A stretch of DNA of 63,823 bases, counting the filler, from Rhabdomonas costata (taxonomy: Eukaryota), in NCBI GenBank assembly GCA_019059605.1. It is 53 parts of 53 records of this genome, joined end to end, with 100 filler letters (N's around TTAATTAATTAA, not from the genome) between each part and the next. Parts side by side here need not be neighbours in the genome. Positions count along the whole stretch, not along the records: positions 60,308 to 61,412 come from JAHMHO010028320.1; positions 61,513 to 62,618 come from JAHMHO010028321.1; positions 62,719 to 63,823 come from JAHMHO010028322.1; 50 more parts are not named here. One strand, given 5' to 3'. This document shows positions 60,399 through 63,823 of this stretch, piece after piece. The translations under genes were made by a program, and so were the position numbers. Each line of letters starts with the position of its first letter. Position 1 is the first letter of the stretch. The notes under the pieces were generated by a model. That model saw nothing but the letters and a program-made list of their open reading frames with translations. It was not told where the DNA came from and made no database searches.

Positions 60399-61281
60399 CT
60401 CCTTCGTGATGAACTCTTTGTTCTTTGCAAAGAACCGCAACCCCTCCAGGACTTGTTCCTGCGGAGAACACAATAAGTGCAGTGTCATGGCTTGTGCCAG
60501 TTTGCAAGATGATATCCCCTCCCCAGTTCTTTGTCCTCCCTTGTGAATGCTCGTCAGAATGGAAAGAAATTCCAGTGCAACCCTCATTTCCAAAAAAACA
60601 GAAGAAGCGCCGACAGGGTGGAGGTGAGCCAGGTTCAAATAAAGGGCCAAGTTCATCTCCTTTGGGGCGACGATGGACGAAAAAGGAAATGGACGAAAAT
60701 GGAGGATGTGAACTGAGGCCCTGAGTCTCGAAACCCATTCCACAAGTTCGGGCCTGGTTCAAAACCAAGGACAAGGGCACAAAGCTGGCAACCAGAGCTT
60801 TGGGGTATTGGCCCCAGTCCGACACGTCTTTTGCCGTTGGTTCGCCCCTCTTCCCGCGGGACTTAGATTTGATCCCACAAAAATGATAAACACCCTCTGA
60901 ACGACTGGAACGATCATCGCTTCCGACTTGGGTTTCGGTCCACACCCTCTCATCCATTTGCAAGACCCAAAACCTGATCCAGCGGTTAAAAGCTTAATAA
61001 AAAACGGCACGTGTTTGACAAACGTTCGACGACATGATGAAAAAAGGATGCATAGAACGAAAATAAAAAGGAAAACGTTTCCTGCAGAAACACGAAACAC
61101 TGCGCTTCGAAAAACAAGAATGACACTCGGGTAATCAAAAAGGAACGAGCCTTCGCTCCAGTGTCAGTCCAGACGCTGGTAATGAACTTAATGAAGTCAT
61201 CCAGAAGCATCAGCCCATCGGGGGAAGTGTGCTGCTTGTAGGACGCCTGGACTTCCTCGTCAGACGCGGCGATTCCAAGCC
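60399..61281 (-). CDS. Alpha-actinin-like C-terminal EF-hand region, two exons (61151-61281, 60399-60458)
   Basis: LGIAASDEEV...DGLMLLDDFIKFITSVWTDTGAK|EQVLEGLRFFAKNKEFITKE resembles the actinin motif DTD.AEQV...F..LA.DK.FIT.E. The join needs a GC-AG intron. Confidence 0.7.
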
Positions 61282-63695
61282 CTAAACACAATGACAAATG
61301 AAAAATATGACGTGCTGCCAAAATTCTCGATTCTGGGCATAAAAGTTGTTTGAAGAGAAATGGTATGACACTGCTCCTGGGGAGTTCAGCGCACTATCGC
61401 CAAAGCAACCCCNNNNNNNNNNNNNNNNNNNNNNNNNNNNNNNNNNNNNNNNNNNNTTAATTAATTAANNNNNNNNNNNNNNNNNNNNNNNNNNNNNNNN
61501 NNNNNNNNNNNNGTGTGGGGTTTTTCAGCTTCTTTTTCGTTTTGAGATGGATGAGGTCTTTTCCATGGCAAATTCTAGACCGGTTCTGCGTTTAGCGCTG
61601 TCCTGTGGCATTTGTGGGGAACCTCTGGGGCCTTACTCCGGTGCACACACACACACACGTCGTTTTTGTTGCTCTGCGAGCACGTTAGTCTGAGGTTGTG
61701 GTGTTTGGTGGGTTGGTGGGTGTTCTCTATCTCAGCGCGCCGTGGATGCCGCTGTCTCGGGGTTCCTGATACACCACCGGCTGGCCATGAGGCTGCTTCA
61801 CTTTGTCCCTAGCCCAGCCTTCCCTCCGCGGCCCTTACCCCTCGGAGAAGGGCCTCAGCTTCTTGAACACCCACCCTCTCATCCGCAGAATAGTCTCCCC
61901 CTGCATATACATGACTATTTTGATGAAACTAACGAGACATCCAGAGTGTGGAGAAGGAATAGGGTGAGGGTGAGTCGTGCGTAATAGGCTGTTTCTTTGT
62001 TTGTGTGTGTGTATGTGTGAAGAATCGCGGTTTAGTTTACAATTGAGGTTTTCCAAGAACCTCCGCCCCCGCCCAGCAGCAGAGGGGTGATCCGTACCCC
62101 CAGATGCGGCCAGGCAGCGAGAGAGTATTCGAAAGCCCGCCCGAGGCAGAAAAGATCTCCGCCAAAACCATGCCTTGTGCACGAAGTGTATGCGTGCGTG
62201 CGTGCGTGTGTTCGGTTCGCCTATTGGGGAAACTGCGTCGGAAAAGCACCGTCATAATGGAATGTATTCAAACGCAGCACATGGAAGAGGTTAAAGAGTC
62301 CCCCACGACCCAACTGTGTGAGTTTCTAGTTTTTCTACTGTCAGGGGAGGGTCCCCATCCATCATACATATTTTACTGTAATGGTTGCTCTACTGCCTCC
62401 CTCAAGCGCGCGAGCGCGTGAGCGCGAGACCCCCATCCATCACGCAGACGGAGATAGTGGTGTGCAAGGCGCTTGGAAGGAAACAGAAAAGGCACACCCT
62501 ACAGACGGATACGGCATACGGCACAAGACTACGCCCTAAAAAAACATGTCAGCAAAATCAACCCCACCAAAAGAAGAACCCTCCGCTGACAGTAGAAAAA
62601 CTAGAAACCCACACCGTTNNNNNNNNNNNNNNNNNNNNNNNNNNNNNNNNNNNNNNNNNNNNTTAATTAATTAANNNNNNNNNNNNNNNNNNNNNNNNNN
62701 NNNNNNNNNNNNNNNNNNGTGTGGGGGGGTGAGAGAGTGGGCGAGGCGCAGGATCAGGATCAGGATCGTGAGAAACCATTATTCCCCCTTTTCTGCCCAT
62801 ATCCGAGTTCCCTCCACCTCGCTTTCCTTCTACCGCACAATGGCTATGCGTCCTTGTAAGCACACGCTGCCCGATATCATACCACGCACTGATACCATAC
62901 CGCTGCACCGTATCCTCCCTATTGCCTCATTGTGTGTAAGGATTTCTTTCTTTATGTCATCTTTTCGAAGAAAAGACACTGGGAATCAGAAAAAAACACC
63001 TGTACACGTTGTGTACTTGCACTGGAAAAATCGCACACGAATCATTTCCTCAATCCGCCGAACTCTCTGCGCCGCACTGGTCACTCGCATTCTGCACCGG
63101 CACTCGCTCTACCCCAATTGAACGTACCAGGGTGGAAGTGATCGACCATATGCCGGCACTCCTCTATCCCCATTCTGGTCCTTGATAGTTCCCACATCCC
63201 CGCTCCCAAGCGGGGACCCTTAAAAAGAACAACGATCTTTCCGTTGGGCGTCGACTTTACCTGCATTTCGCAGCAGCAATGCAAACCATCAAACCTTCAC
63301 CCCACTCTGCACCTGCTGCAGGATTCTGAGGGTGCGCTTGTCGGAGACCCTCTTCATTGTGGTCCGCAGGGCAAGGATGTGCCTCTGCAAGCGGGCCGAG
63401 CTGAGGCTGCGAGGCTCCGGGACTTCGGGCTGCGGCGCCGCGGTGAGGGACTTCACTCCATACATTAGCCCCATCGCCGCGAAGAACCCCAGCAGCACAC
63501 ACAGCGTCCCTTGGGAGGGGGACAAATCCACCGATCTTCACAAAGTGAGAAAACTGGTCGCACCTCCGGAAATTTGTGTGATGCGCAATGCCTCCCCAGC
63601 CCAATCAGGGGACTCTGGATTTTGAGAGAACTCAAAATAGAAAGGATCCTGAAAAGGCAAAGAATTCGGCATCTTTGTCCCGTCCCCGTTACCTC

Positions 63696-63818
63696 GTGGG
63701 TCAACGTTGGGGAAAAATTGCATACATTCCGTAGACCTGTCTTACTGAATTTTTGGGAGACAAATTCAGTAAGACAGGTCTACGGAATGTATGCAATTTT
63801 TCCCCAACGTTGACCCAC
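63696..63818. repeat. 57-bp perfect inverted repeat at contig end (probable fold-back)
   Basis: 63696-63752 pairs with 63762-63818 around a 9-nt loop. Confidence 0.88.
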
Positions 63819-63823
63819 AAACA

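Noticed and set aside
1108-62718. Regularly spaced TTAATTAATTAA as a CRISPR-like or biological repeat, and gene clusters across contigs
   Set aside because: Artificial N-padded spacer. ORFs ending in X...LIN and any apparent synteny are products of concatenation.
1-63823. Stop-codon reassignment, euglenid-type nonconventional introns, spliced-leader, rRNA, CRISPR or bacterial defence genes
   Set aside because: Confident exons have no in-frame stops, every intron I could place is GT/GC-AG, and I recognised no such RNA genes, arrays or operons.

Overview
This is not one locus. It is 53 unrelated contigs of about 1.1 kb joined by 52 artificial N44-TTAATTAATTAA-N44 spacers, so neighbourhood across spacers means nothing. 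Many contig ends carry G/T-only (or C/A-only) tails, GGGTGTGTTTGG adaptor remnants and fold-back chimeras, which points to whole-genome-amplified, probably single-cell, DNA. Almost all contigs are nuclear DNA of an intron-rich protist, with short exons and spliceosomal introns; the exact lineage cannot be fixed from this window. Recognisable spliced fragments are malate synthase G, PstS-like and BMP-like solute-binding domains, Tudor-SN, disintegrin-like and other Cys-rich repeats, PB1, two Mib_Herc2 domains, a CPA2 cation/H+ antiporter, a cullin-like C-terminus, a C1A peptidase, ArgRS, a RING finger, a MAP3K-type kinase, a PKS-type ACP and alpha-actinin-like EF-hands. There is also an intronless membrane histidine kinase fragment, LTR retrotransposon pieces (two tRNAi-Met primer-binding sites, Gag) and a short dispersed repeat family. 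The standout is contig 7244-8349, a non-coding piece that looks unlike the host DNA. It holds a dense array of at least eight hairpins built from GNA triloops and tandem GA/GA mismatches, a grammar typical of structured single-stranded DNA, next to AT-rich TGTAA repeats. The host also shows very degenerate 5' splice sites, with several GC donors and AAG acceptors. All protein calls come from motif recognition by eye; no searches were run.
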